In this document: positions 16,547 to 26,000 of the stretch, in pieces | Numbering within the stretch: the first letter of the stretch is position 1 | How the letters are laid out: each line of letters opens with the position of its first letter | Origin: Acaryochloris marina MBIC11017 | GTDB lineage: Bacteria; Cyanobacteriota; Cyanobacteriia; Thermosynechococcales; Thermosynechococcaceae | Assembly (NCBI RefSeq): GCF_000018105.1 | Contig: NC_009925.1 | Coordinates: forward strand, 3,780,001 to 3,812,000 | Length of the DNA: 32,000 nt | Reading direction: 5' to 3' | Made by a program: the position numbers and the translations under genes | The notes under the pieces: model-generated | Database searches by the model: none | What the model was told of the DNA's origin: nothing | Seen by the model: the letters and a program-made list of their open reading frames with translations, nothing else

Positions 16547-18955
16547 TTAGCTTGCTTCTTCGACCTTAAACTGGGCCACGGCTGCTTCCATCTGCTCGGC
16601 CACGGCTGCTGTTTCCTGCATGGATTCGGCCACCTGGGTGGAGGATTCCGCTCGTTGTTCAGATTGGGCTGCCATTTGCTGCATAAGGGTCGTCACCACT
16701 TTGGAGGTTTCGGTTTGGGATACGGTGGCGTCAGAAATCGAACGCATCAGGTCGTTAATTTCTTGCGAACGGTTGAGAACAACCGCCAGCTTGTCTTTGG
16801 TCGTTTCCACTAGGCGGGTACTATCGACCACCTGGTTGGTGCCGATTTCCATGGCTTCGGTTACTTCTTTGGTCTCGGCTTGAATACCAGCCACAATTTG
16901 GGCAATTTCCTTGGTCGCAGCAGCGGACTGTTCCGCCAGAGCACCCACCTGTTCCGCAACCACGGTGAAACCTTGCCCCTGCTCACCGGCCCGGCTGGCC
17001 TCTACACTGGCGTTAATGGCTAGGAGATTCGTTTTCAGCGCGATTTCTTCAATCAAAGACACCACCTGGGAAATCTTTTGGGAGGATTCACCCAAACGCT
17101 TAATTTTCTTAGCCGTTTCACCCACCGTATTTCGCAGACTGAGAATACTATCCACCGTTTGATCCATGGCATCACTTCCTTCTTGAACCGTGGTGTAGGC
17201 TTGGTCAGAAATCAGCGCGGCTTTACCAGCGTTGCTGGCTACATCCTCAATGGAGGTGGACATTTGCTCAATGGAGTCCAGCGTGGAACGGGTTTGCTCG
17301 GTTTCTTGGATAGCTTGTTCAGCAAGGGTCTGCATTTCCCCTTTGCTCTCGTTCAGAGACGAACTCACCTTGACCGAAGAGTCTTTTACTTGGGCCGCAA
17401 TCTCATTGAGGTTATCGATAATGGCGTTGAACAAGTCCGCAACGGTACTCATTTCCATCGAGTTTAAGCTGGCGCGGACGGTTAAGTCGCCATCCACCGC
17501 TTCTCCCACTTCATCGAGGAGCTGGTAAATTTCCATTTCCAGTTTGTCGCGGGATTCTCTTTGCTCTTCGGCGGTTTGTTCCGTTTTGTCGAGTAGAGTT
17601 TTCACCTCAGACACCATGGTGTTAAAGGTGCGAGCTAGGGCTCGGGTTTCGCGGGTGCCGTCCACTTCCGCTTCGACATCCAAGTTACCGCTAGCGGCTT
17701 CGTCAGCAGTATCCGTCAGTTTGGCGAGGGGATTGGAAACGGTCCCGGCTAGCCAGTAAATCACGGCGGTAATAAAACCTGCCAGTAATAGACCCATACC
17801 CCCGAACAGAATCAACTGCTGTTGCGCCAAAGCGGCTTCTTCTGCCGTTTCCACGGAGGCAATCGCCACCAGTTTTGTCCCTGGAATAATGGACACGTTA
17901 AAGAATCGATCCTTGTAGGTAAAGGAGGCAATCACTAACTTGAATTCTCCTGCTACCTGTTCTTTGGTCTTCAGGTCAGTAATGCCGGGAATATTTCGAA
18001 TCTGAGCCTTTGTGGCATTCAAATCACCTGCTTCTGCTTCCAGATAATCTTCGATGAGTTTGGCAGCTGCTACCACATCTGCCCCACCTGTCACCTCTTG
18101 ATTTTGGAGATCACTTCCTTTAGCCGTAATGGTATCTACTACTGCGTTGGTCTCTAGTTTGGGATTCACAATTTGGACAATTTCTGACTCGGTTAGGTTG
18201 GGAGACACCAGGGTACTGATGGCTTCGTCTAACGCTTTCGTTGGTATTGCAACTTTCGTCACCCCAATGAAATTACCCGCATCATCTTTAACTTGTTTGG
18301 AAAGGGCAATGATGTTTTGATTGGCTGATTCATCGAACTCCGGTTCTTCGATAAATTGCCCTTTCTCTTTGGCCATTTGCCACCAGCGTTCATCATTCTG
18401 GACAAAGTCGGAGGTGGGATTGCTATAGCCCACGTTAAATCCATATTTGTCCGTGACGAACACCTCAGCCAACTGACCATTTTTGACGACGCGTTGTAGG
18501 TACTCATTCAATTTAGCGTTGGGTTTTAGCAGTTTGGTACTCGCAAACTGCTGTTCCACTACTTCAATAGGCTTCTGGGGCAAGCCTTGGGCCTCAGCTT
18601 GTTGGGCGCCAGCTTGGACCGCTTCTAGTAATAATGGGTCACTATCAATAATGTCTGGAAATTTCAGGGCGTCTTTTAAGAAAATGGCGCTGGCTTCACT
18701 AGACAGCAAGCTCACCTCTTCCAACTGCAACAGGGCTTTTTCCTTGAGCTGGGCTTCTGTTTGCACGTAACCGATCACACTGGCAATGGCCACCGGGGCC
18801 AAGGCTACGGGCAAAACGGTGGTTAATAGTTTTTGGCGCAGGGTGGCAGCCGGTTTGGTGTAGGGGGTGGCTGGGTCAACGTTGAGATCTTGGGCCGCCA
18901 TGTTGCCGTTGCTGGCCGTGGCGTCTGCTAGGGTCATGTCCTGTTGGGTCGTCAT
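16547..18955 (-). CDS. Methyl-accepting chemotaxis protein with a large extracytoplasmic domain and no GAF/phytochrome domain (PilJ/HmpD-like)
   Basis: TM1 is LLTTVLPVALAPVAIASVIGYV. A roughly 315-aa ectodomain follows, then TM2 (LILFGGMGLLLAGFITAVIYWLAG), a HAMP domain, and an MCP signalling domain (ALKTNLLAINASVEASRAGEQGQGFTVVAEQV). Confidence 0.95.
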   Translation of the reverse strand: MTTQQDMTLADATASNGNMAAQDLNVDPATPYTKPAATLRQKLLTTVLPVALAPVAIASVIGYVQTEAQLKEKALLQLEEVSLLSSEASAIFLKDALKFPDIIDSDPLLLEAVQAGAQQAEAQGLPQKPIEVVEQQFASTKLLKPNAKLNEYLQRVVKNGQLAEVFVTDKYGFNVGYSNPTSDFVQNDERWWQMAKEKGQFIEEPEFDESANQNIIALSKQVKDDAGNFIGVTKVAIPTKALDEAISTLVSPNLTESEIVQIVNPKLETNAVVDTITAKGSDLQNQEVTGGADVVAAAKLIEDYLEAEAGDLNATKAQIRNIPGITDLKTKEQVAGEFKLVIASFTYKDRFFNVSIIPGTKLVAIASVETAEEAALAQQQLILFGGMGLLLAGFITAVIYWLAGTVSNPLAKLTDTADEAASGNLDVEAEVDGTRETRALARTFNTMVSEVKTLLDKTEQTAEEQRESRDKLEMEIYQLLDEVGEAVDGDLTVRASLNSMEMSTVADLFNAIIDNLNEIAAQVKDSSVKVSSSLNESKGEMQTLAEQAIQETEQTRSTLDSIEQMSTSIEDVASNAGKAALISDQAYTTVQEGSDAMDQTVDSILSLRNTVGETAKKIKRLGESSQKISQVVSLIEEIALKTNLLAINASVEASRAGEQGQGFTVVAEQVGALAEQSAAATKEIAQIVAGIQAETKEVTEAMEIGTNQVVDSTRLVETTKDKLAVVLNRSQEINDLMRSISDATVSQTETSKVVTTLMQQMAAQSEQRAESSTQVAESMQETAAVAEQMEAAVAQFKVEEAS

Positions 18956-19027
18956 GGTCTTGTGGTGAAAGTAACTAAGGAGTAAAGAAAGCTGCCAACT
19001 GGACGTTGACGGGTATGCTGTTGCAGG

Positions 19028-19591
19028 TTAGGTCGGATATAAAGCCGGTGCTTTGGCCAGGAATGGCGGATAGAAAAGATACAGGGTTTGCTCGTCCTGT
19101 TGGCAAGTGGCTGTAACGTAGGGACTTAGGTTTGCCGGACAGGCAGCAATTTCGGTTTGCAGTTGCTCTTCTTGTAAGCGGGTGACCCCTTGAATTTGGG
19201 GAACGGCCAGCCCCAAAAGCGCCTCTCCATTTCCCGAGCGTTGATAGTCAGAAGGAGGTACCCGGACAACAATCACGCGGTATCGGCGCTGGCTACCGAT
19301 GATATCGGGGTATCCCAACAACTGGGGCAGATTGACCACACAGAAGACCTGATCTCGGGAATTCATTAACCCCAGCACCGATCGGGCCATATTAGGGATG
19401 AGGGTAATCTGCTCAGCCTCTACAATTAAGGACTCTTGGACATGCTCCATTGAGAGCAAAGCACCGATACCCTCTGCCACCATAAACCGCAGATAGGGTT
19501 GTCCGGTGAGCTGGGTGGACTGAAATAACTGGGGTAGCAGCTCTTGCAGTCGTGATAGTGAAGTTGTAGAGGCAGTCGGTTGTTGGGTCAT
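19028..19591 (-). CDS. CheW-like coupling protein
   Basis: Single CheW domain (YLRFMVAEGIGALLSMEHVQESL...VLGLMNSRDQVFCVVNLPQLLG). Its start directly abuts the stop of the CheY-like gene. Confidence 0.9.
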   Translation of the reverse strand: MTQQPTASTTSLSRLQELLPQLFQSTQLTGQPYLRFMVAEGIGALLSMEHVQESLIVEAEQITLIPNMARSVLGLMNSRDQVFCVVNLPQLLGYPDIIGSQRRYRVIVVRVPPSDYQRSGNGEALLGLAVPQIQGVTRLQEEQLQTEIAACPANLSPYVTATCQQDEQTLYLFYPPFLAKAPALYPT

Positions 19592-19957
19592 TTATTTCAT
19601 TGCCGCTCTCAGGGCACTCACGAGTTCTTGCTTGGTGCAGGGTTTTGTGACATAGGCTTCTACCCCTTGCTTGGCAGCCCACATGCGATCGACATCTCGA
19701 TTCTTAGCGGTACAGGCCACCACGGGAATATCGGCGGTGTCGGGGTTCTTGCGTAGCTTCCGGGCTAGGTCTAACCCGCCCATTTCCGGCATCATCCAAT
19801 CGGTGACAATGGCGTCGGGCTTGTTCTGACTAACTTTTTCTAGTGCCTCTGTGCCATTGGTGGCCGTGACGATGGTGTAGCCTTCTTCGGTCAGGTATTG
19901 ACAGAGTAAGTCCAGTTCGGATTGGAGGTCATCGACGACTAAGATTTTGCTGCTCAT
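19592..19957 (-). CDS. Single-domain CheY-like response regulator
   Basis: MSSKILVVDDLQSELD...AIVTDWMMPEMGG...VVACTAK...YVTKPC. I use ATG 19957, which has AAGGA upstream. The track ORF extends to a GTG at 20065 and adds an implausible His/Ser-rich 36 aa. Confidence 0.9.
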   Translation of the reverse strand: MSSKILVVDDLQSELDLLCQYLTEEGYTIVTATNGTEALEKVSQNKPDAIVTDWMMPEMGGLDLARKLRKNPDTADIPVVACTAKNRDVDRMWAAKQGVEAYVTKPCTKQELVSALRAAMK

Positions 19958-20073
19958 GGTGTGTCCTTGGGTGGCTAAGTTATGAAACGTAAGTAGAGTT
20001 GAGGAACTGGAATGAGAGTGGTGTGGGGTAGACGGGCTACCCAATGTGAGTCTATTGGAACTCACCTATACTC

Positions 20074-21300
20074 CTAAGCTGGATTGAGTTGAGTCAGGTA
20101 TTTCTCCACCACATCTGTGAGACCTTGTTGGGTAAAGGGTTTGGTGAAGTAATCGGTGGCACCGGCCAATTTGGCACGGGCTTTATCAATCAGCCCCGTA
20201 TTTCCCGTCACCATGATGATCGGGGTTTCGTCAAAGACGGCACTACTTCTGAGCAGACTGCACAAACGGTAACCGTTTATTTTGGGCATTGTGATATCGA
20301 GCAAAATCAGATCGGGCTTGATCCGAAAGATGACTGAAGAGGCTTGAATCGGGTCATCGACCGTTGTAACTTCATATCGAGTATTCCCTAAAAACCGCTC
20401 AATCTCACTCAAAATCGTTGGACTATCGTCAATGCAGACAATCTTAAAGACGCGATTAGCGGCCTGGGCTGTCTGAGCAGCTTGGGTTACGGTTGGCGTG
20501 TTAGGAACACCTGGAACCCGAGGTAGTTGGTCAAAAGGCGGCTGTGGATTGCGTAAAAAAATGACCTGCTGTTCTACATAGGGACCAAAGAGCTGAGCAA
20601 TATGCAGCTCGTCTTGTTTGAGCAGGACTGACAGCTGGCGAATACTGAATCCTCGACTCATCAACTGGGCGAGTTTCGTCAGTGCTTCTGGGGATAGTTT
20701 GCCCCCCTGAACGGGTTTGCTGATATGGCGAAAATCTAATAGGTAAGGACGCTGATAAGGTGACCAAATTTCTTTGCTACAACTTTGCCAACCCTTCATG
20801 CGTTGCTTGAGGAAGCGGACCGTATCGACTACGTCCACTAAAGGCGTTTGCCCCAATACCGTCGTCACCCATTCCGGCGAAGGCGTACCATTTTCCCAAA
20901 CTGCTCTGGCTTGACGCAGCCATAAAAAGGTTTCTAATGCATCTTGAGTAATATCTTCAATCAGCTGTCTGGATTGGATCTCATCTAGCATATGGCGTTC
21001 CTGCAGCCAGAGCATTGATCGCTGAATGAGTCCTTGGGCCTTGGTGACGGTTGTGACCCCAGCCTCCGTTGCGGGTGGCATTTCTTTAAGGACGTTATAT
21101 GCCTGGTCTAACCCTTGTCGGCATAGGAAATAGCTGAGTTGGGCCAGGGTTTGAATGGAGCAGTCTACATACTGTAGGTCTCCCTCATTTAAATAGATGT
21201 GCCAAACGGCTTTACCATTGCTCGCTTTGAGTACGCCTGTCGCACTAGAGCTTGATAACTCAGTTAACAGCTGATACGGATCAAACTTAGAGGGTTCCAT
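20074..21300 (-). CDS. PatA-subfamily response regulator (N-terminal PATAN domain plus C-terminal receiver)
   Basis: A non-receiver N-terminal domain of about 280 aa is followed by the receiver: KIVCIDDSPTIL...LILLDITMPKINGY...IIMVTGN...YFTKPF. It occupies the first position of a PatA-CheY-CheW-MCP-CheA operon, as in cyanobacterial Tax/Pil/Hmp loci. Confidence 0.9.
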   Translation of the reverse strand: MEPSKFDPYQLLTELSSSSATGVLKASNGKAVWHIYLNEGDLQYVDCSIQTLAQLSYFLCRQGLDQAYNVLKEMPPATEAGVTTVTKAQGLIQRSMLWLQERHMLDEIQSRQLIEDITQDALETFLWLRQARAVWENGTPSPEWVTTVLGQTPLVDVVDTVRFLKQRMKGWQSCSKEIWSPYQRPYLLDFRHISKPVQGGKLSPEALTKLAQLMSRGFSIRQLSVLLKQDELHIAQLFGPYVEQQVIFLRNPQPPFDQLPRVPGVPNTPTVTQAAQTAQAANRVFKIVCIDDSPTILSEIERFLGNTRYEVTTVDDPIQASSVIFRIKPDLILLDITMPKINGYRLCSLLRSSAVFDETPIIMVTGNTGLIDKARAKLAGATDYFTKPFTQQGLTDVVEKYLTQLNPA

Positions 21301-21634
21301 AGGCGTTGGTGCAATGAAGGGAAAAAAGCTGTTATGGCGTTAAGTTGTGCAGAAAATATTGAAGGTATTTTAATTCAATATTCTACAGTGAATCTTTAGA
21401 TTCTTGTTACAAAAAGAAATACTTTTCAACAAAAAACAATTTATATCTAGTTTACCCGCCTACTTTTGCTACTCAGATCAGTAATTTCCCGGATGTTTCT
21501 GATTCTTAAAGCCCTAATTTTGTAGTTTTTTAAGATTTAGGACTAACTCAGAGTTGTGGGGTCAGGGAGTGTCGTGTTCCGTTAAACTCACACCATAAAG
21601 TCGTAATAGAGTGAGTACTCTGCCCTAACCTTTT

Positions 21635-22720
21635 GTGTTTCCTTCTGAATATTGGCAAGGACGCGATCGCTTCCGTCATGCGGCCCAATCTCTGAATTGT
21701 GTTCTTGAAACGTATCCAATCCAAGCTCTCGGTCCTCAAGACCGAGCCTTGAGTATTGATGTGGCTCGATATGGGTCTAAATCGCCCCACACTACTCTGC
21801 TCGTCTCCAGTGGCTTACATGGAGTTGAAGGTTATTGCGGATCAGCCATCCAGTGGGCACTGTTGACCGATGTGCTGCCTCAGCTCACCTTGCCAAAAGG
21901 GGTGGCGGTGCTCTTGATTCATGCTCTCAATCCCTATGGCTTTGCCTGGAATCGTCGCTGCAATGAAGACAATATCGACCTCAACCGGAATTTTTTACTG
22001 CCGGAACAATCGTTTACAGGCAGTCCAGAGGCGTATACTCAACTGGATGCTTTTCTGAATCCTCGCCAACCGCCGACCCCACAAGAGCTTTATACTCTCA
22101 AGCTGCTGGGGTACGCCCTTCGATATGGCGTATCGTCCCTCAAGCAAGCGCTGCCCGTTGGCCAGTATGAGTTTCCCCAGGGCCTCTTTTTTGGGGGGCA
22201 AGCCCCTGCCCAGACCCAGCAGATTTTGGCGTCGCAACTCCCTACCTGGTTGGGGCCAACCCAGCGTATTGTTCATCTGGACTTACATACAGGGCTAGGA
22301 CGATGGACCGCGCCTACGTTCTTAGTGAAGCCTCAAGTCCACCAGACCGATCTGCCCTGGTTTCAACAAACCTTTACGGCAGAAGGTCTGCAAATCTTGG
22401 GACAACAAGGTGCGACCTATATTTGCCAGGGAGATATCGGTCCTTGGTGCCAAGCTTTGATGCAGGATTGTGACTATCGATTTGCCACGGTGGAATTTGG
22501 CACCTATCCGCTATTGCCGGTCCTCAAAGCGATGCGAGCAGAGAATCAGGCCCATTGGTGGGATGAGCCAGGGTCGTCTACCTATGCCTGGGCCAAATCG
22601 TTACTGCTGGAAGCTAATGCACCTACAAGTGATGAATGGCGTCAAGCCGTTGTTGCTAAAGGAATTGACTTAATTCATCAAGCGTTTGCAGGATTGAATG
22701 AGTTATGTCCTACCTATTAA
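21635..22720 (+). CDS. DUF2817-like protein, M14 carboxypeptidase / succinylglutamate-desuccinylase superfamily
   Basis: Zn-ligand-like motifs LHGVEGYCGS and DLHTGLG, plus DLNRNF. The family name is from memory. The start is GTG. Confidence 0.7.
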   Translation: MFPSEYWQGRDRFRHAAQSLNCVLETYPIQALGPQDRALSIDVARYGSKSPHTTLLVSSGLHGVEGYCGSAIQWALLTDVLPQLTLPKGVAVLLIHALNPYGFAWNRRCNEDNIDLNRNFLLPEQSFTGSPEAYTQLDAFLNPRQPPTPQELYTLKLLGYALRYGVSSLKQALPVGQYEFPQGLFFGGQAPAQTQQILASQLPTWLGPTQRIVHLDLHTGLGRWTAPTFLVKPQVHQTDLPWFQQTFTAEGLQILGQQGATYICQGDIGPWCQALMQDCDYRFATVEFGTYPLLPVLKAMRAENQAHWWDEPGSSTYAWAKSLLLEANAPTSDEWRQAVVAKGIDLIHQAFAGLNELCPTY

Positions 22721-23016
22721 TTCCAGATTTTTTAGGTGTGGAGTATTGAAATGGAGGCCATTGTCGTCAGGGATGCTTTGGAAAGGGGATGCAGTTCACT
22801 TTCTGCAAGTCGCGATTCAGTCCTTGATCATTGGGGGTGATAAGAGCGTTTTGCCTGCCAGAATCCAGATATTTTCTCTGGGTTTGTTGCCTCTGTTTAC
22901 ACCAGACTTGGGTCTTTTGTAGCGAATGTCCTAGCATTTCTCAGCGGAGAACGTCAGGATAAAGAGAAGGAACTGGTTTCCTGATTGTCATCATCCCCAA
23001 AGTCGTCGTTACATCC

Positions 23017-26000
23017 ATGCCTGAATTGTCTAGTATTCTTGATCTTCGTTTGGTTCTAGAAAGCGTTGGTGCGCTCCTATTGGGGACAGCTACCGTCGAT
23101 ACCCTGCGTCAACGGCAGTGGCAGCAGCAACTCACATCTGCCTCTGAAGAGCAACAACGGTTGCTAACGGCGGATCAAGCTCGTCTGCAGACCGAGCAAC
23201 AAACCCTTCAAACCGATAACGAGACGTTAACCGCGGCCCTTGCCAAGGCTAAACAGGTGGTGGAGGCTCAAGAACAGAGCGTTGAAGAGTTAAAGCAGCA
23301 GGTCAGCCAGCTACAACAGCAGCAACGGGCTTGGGCAGACGAGAAACAAGCCCAAGATCAGCAGCAGAAGACCTTAGAAACTGAACTAGATACTCAAAAA
23401 GCGCAATGCCAACAGCTCCAGGCTGAATTGGATGAGCGGGCTGCTACGACTACGGAGTTAGACAATCTGGCTGCTGCGAAAACGCAAGCGGAAGTGGATC
23501 TGCGCCAGGCTCAATCCAAAATGCGGGGTTTGCAACTCCAAGTGGATACCCTAACCCAAGCACAACAGCCATTGCAGGCCAAGGTAACGGCAGCAGAGCA
23601 GACAGCCGCTGTTGCTACCCAAGCTAAGACCCAACTGGAACAGCAGCTTGCCCAGTTGACTCAGACGCAACAGCAAGACCAATCCCAGGTGACGCAAGCC
23701 CAGGCAACGATTCAAAGTCTTGAACAACAAGTGGCCAGCCTGACCGCGACACAAAAAACTTTAGAAAATCAGCTGCAACAGCAGTCTCAACGGGATCGTC
23801 AGCGTCAGAACTTAGCGACGGAAGTGGCTATACTCCAAGATCAAATTGCGACCCTCACGACCCAAAACCAGAGCCTAGAGGATGATCGAGTCGCTGTTCA
23901 GCAAGAGAAAGATAGTCTAACCCAGCGATTAGAGACCTTAACGGCCACCCATGACCAGCTAGCCACCACCCAGGCTGAAACGGTTCAGCAGCTGGCTGCT
24001 ACGACTCAAACTCATCTGCAGTTGGAGCAAGCCCATGCTCAGCTAACAGCAGAGTTAGAAGGGCTCCATCATGCGCAGACGGATCTCTCTACCCTTCGCC
24101 AAGAAAAACAAACCCTGGAGTCTCTGGTTACTGAGCAAAAACAGGAAATTGACGATTTAACGGGACGACTGGCCACGGCCAAAGATCTGCAACGGCAGTT
24201 GGCAGAGGACTATGAAACAGCTCAGACCTCCTTGTCTGCTTTAGAGACCCAAGACACAGACTTCAACACAGAGCTGGCGGCGGATCTCCAAGATGCCCAT
24301 GCTCAAATCAAGACCCTTCAGCAAAATCTGGAGACCCTGACCCAACAAAATCAAGATCTGCGTAACCAGATCGCTGCTGCTCCACCTGAGCAGTCCCAAG
24401 CCTTACAGGAACTCGAACAAGCCCTGCAAGCTGCCCAATCCAGAAATCAACAGCAACAACAACAGCTGCAGGACCTAGCCCAAGAGAAAGAGTCCCTTGC
24501 TACTTCCCTGCAAACCGCTCAATCCAACTCCACTGAGCTACAGCAGCAGATTGCATCCTTGACTCAGCAACACCAGGAATTAGAGACCAGTTTGGAGCAA
24601 ACCCAAACGGCAGATTCCAGTCTGATTACGGAACTCACGACTAATCAGCAGCAGCTCACCACTGAACTAACTGACGCTCAAGAACTGATTACCAACCTGC
24701 GCCAGCAAATCTCAGATTTGGAAACCGCTCAAGAGGCTCAACCCACAAGCACAGATATTGAGGCCCTGACTCAAACCAATCAAACCCTATCGGCAGAGCT
24801 GTCAGACTCACAAACCGCCTTGGCGACCCTGCGTCAGCAACTTCAGACTCTGGAGCAGCAACAGCAACGCTTAGAGACGGAGCAAGGTGCAGTCGCCAAC
24901 GACCAGTCCAAAACCATTGCTGCTTTGGAAGCCCAACTGCAAACCCTGCAACAAGAACGGGAGACTCTCAATCAGCAGGTGGCGGAATATCAAGGCCATC
25001 TTCCATCTTTGCAAGAGCAGATTACGGATTTAGAACAACAGCGACAAACTCTGGAGTCCTCATTACAAGGTGCTGAAGCGCAAGCGCAGGACCTGGAACA
25101 GCAGCTCAATACCCTGAATCAAGGGCAAACCCAAACTCAGCAAGATTTACAGGCTCAGCAGCAACAGGTCATTACCCTAGAACAACAGGTACAGGCCCTG
25201 GAAGCGGAGAAGACTCAATTAGCATCTGCTCTCAAAGTCGCTGAAGAAGCCCCTATCCCTTTGCAAGAAGCCTTACAGTCCGCTCAAACGGAACAGACCC
25301 AGTTGGAGCAACGGCTGACAGCACTCACCCAGCAGAATCAGGACTTACAAACTGCGATCAATCAAGCCTCGGATACTTCTGCGTTGGAGACAGAGCTGGC
25401 GGCAGTGAAGGCGGAGAAGCAGCAATTAACTGTAACCTTACAAGCTGCTGAAGCCGCCTCGTTGCCTTTGCAAACAACCTTGCAAACTGCACAAGCTGAA
25501 CAGGTTCGTTTAGAGCAACAGCTCGCCGCACTAACAGAGCAGAATCAGAGCTTGCAAGTTTCTCTAGAACAGGCCTCTGATACCTCAGCTTTGGAGGCAG
25601 AGTTGGCGGCAGCGAAGGCAGAATGCGATCGCATCACCCAATCCCAACAGACAGCAGAAACCACCATCCAAACCCTGACCGCCCAACTGCAAGAGCTAGA
25701 GTCCCTACCTGAGCAGCTCCAATCCCTGACCCAAGCGAAAGCTCAGCTCGAAGCCGATCTCCAGCAGGCCACCACCATAACGGCAGAAGTGGACCAGTTA
25801 ACGCAGGCTCAGCAAGATTTACAGGCGGCGCTATCGCAGGCTGAGGAAGAGAAACTAGGGTTGCGATCACAACTCCAAACCTTAGAACAGCAGGTCGTGG
25901 ATCTGCAATCGGCGACGTCATCTGTGGAACTAGAACAGCAGCTTCAAGATCTGACGGCAGATCGCGATCAGCTGCAGCACAACTACGACACTGCGACGGC

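Noticed and set aside
16484-18770. A series of plus-strand ORFs of 63-129 aa inside the MCP gene
   Set aside because: They are shadow frames of an Ala/Glu/Gln-rich coiled-coil coding sequence. None has a motif or a ribosome-binding site, and the minus-strand MCP frame is unambiguous.
21548-22922. ORFs at 21548-21790(-), 21995-22276(-), 22470-22673(+) and 22698-22922(+)
   Set aside because: They overlap, or lie antisense to, the DUF2817-like gene or its flanks. They have no motifs or ribosome-binding sites and an atypical composition.
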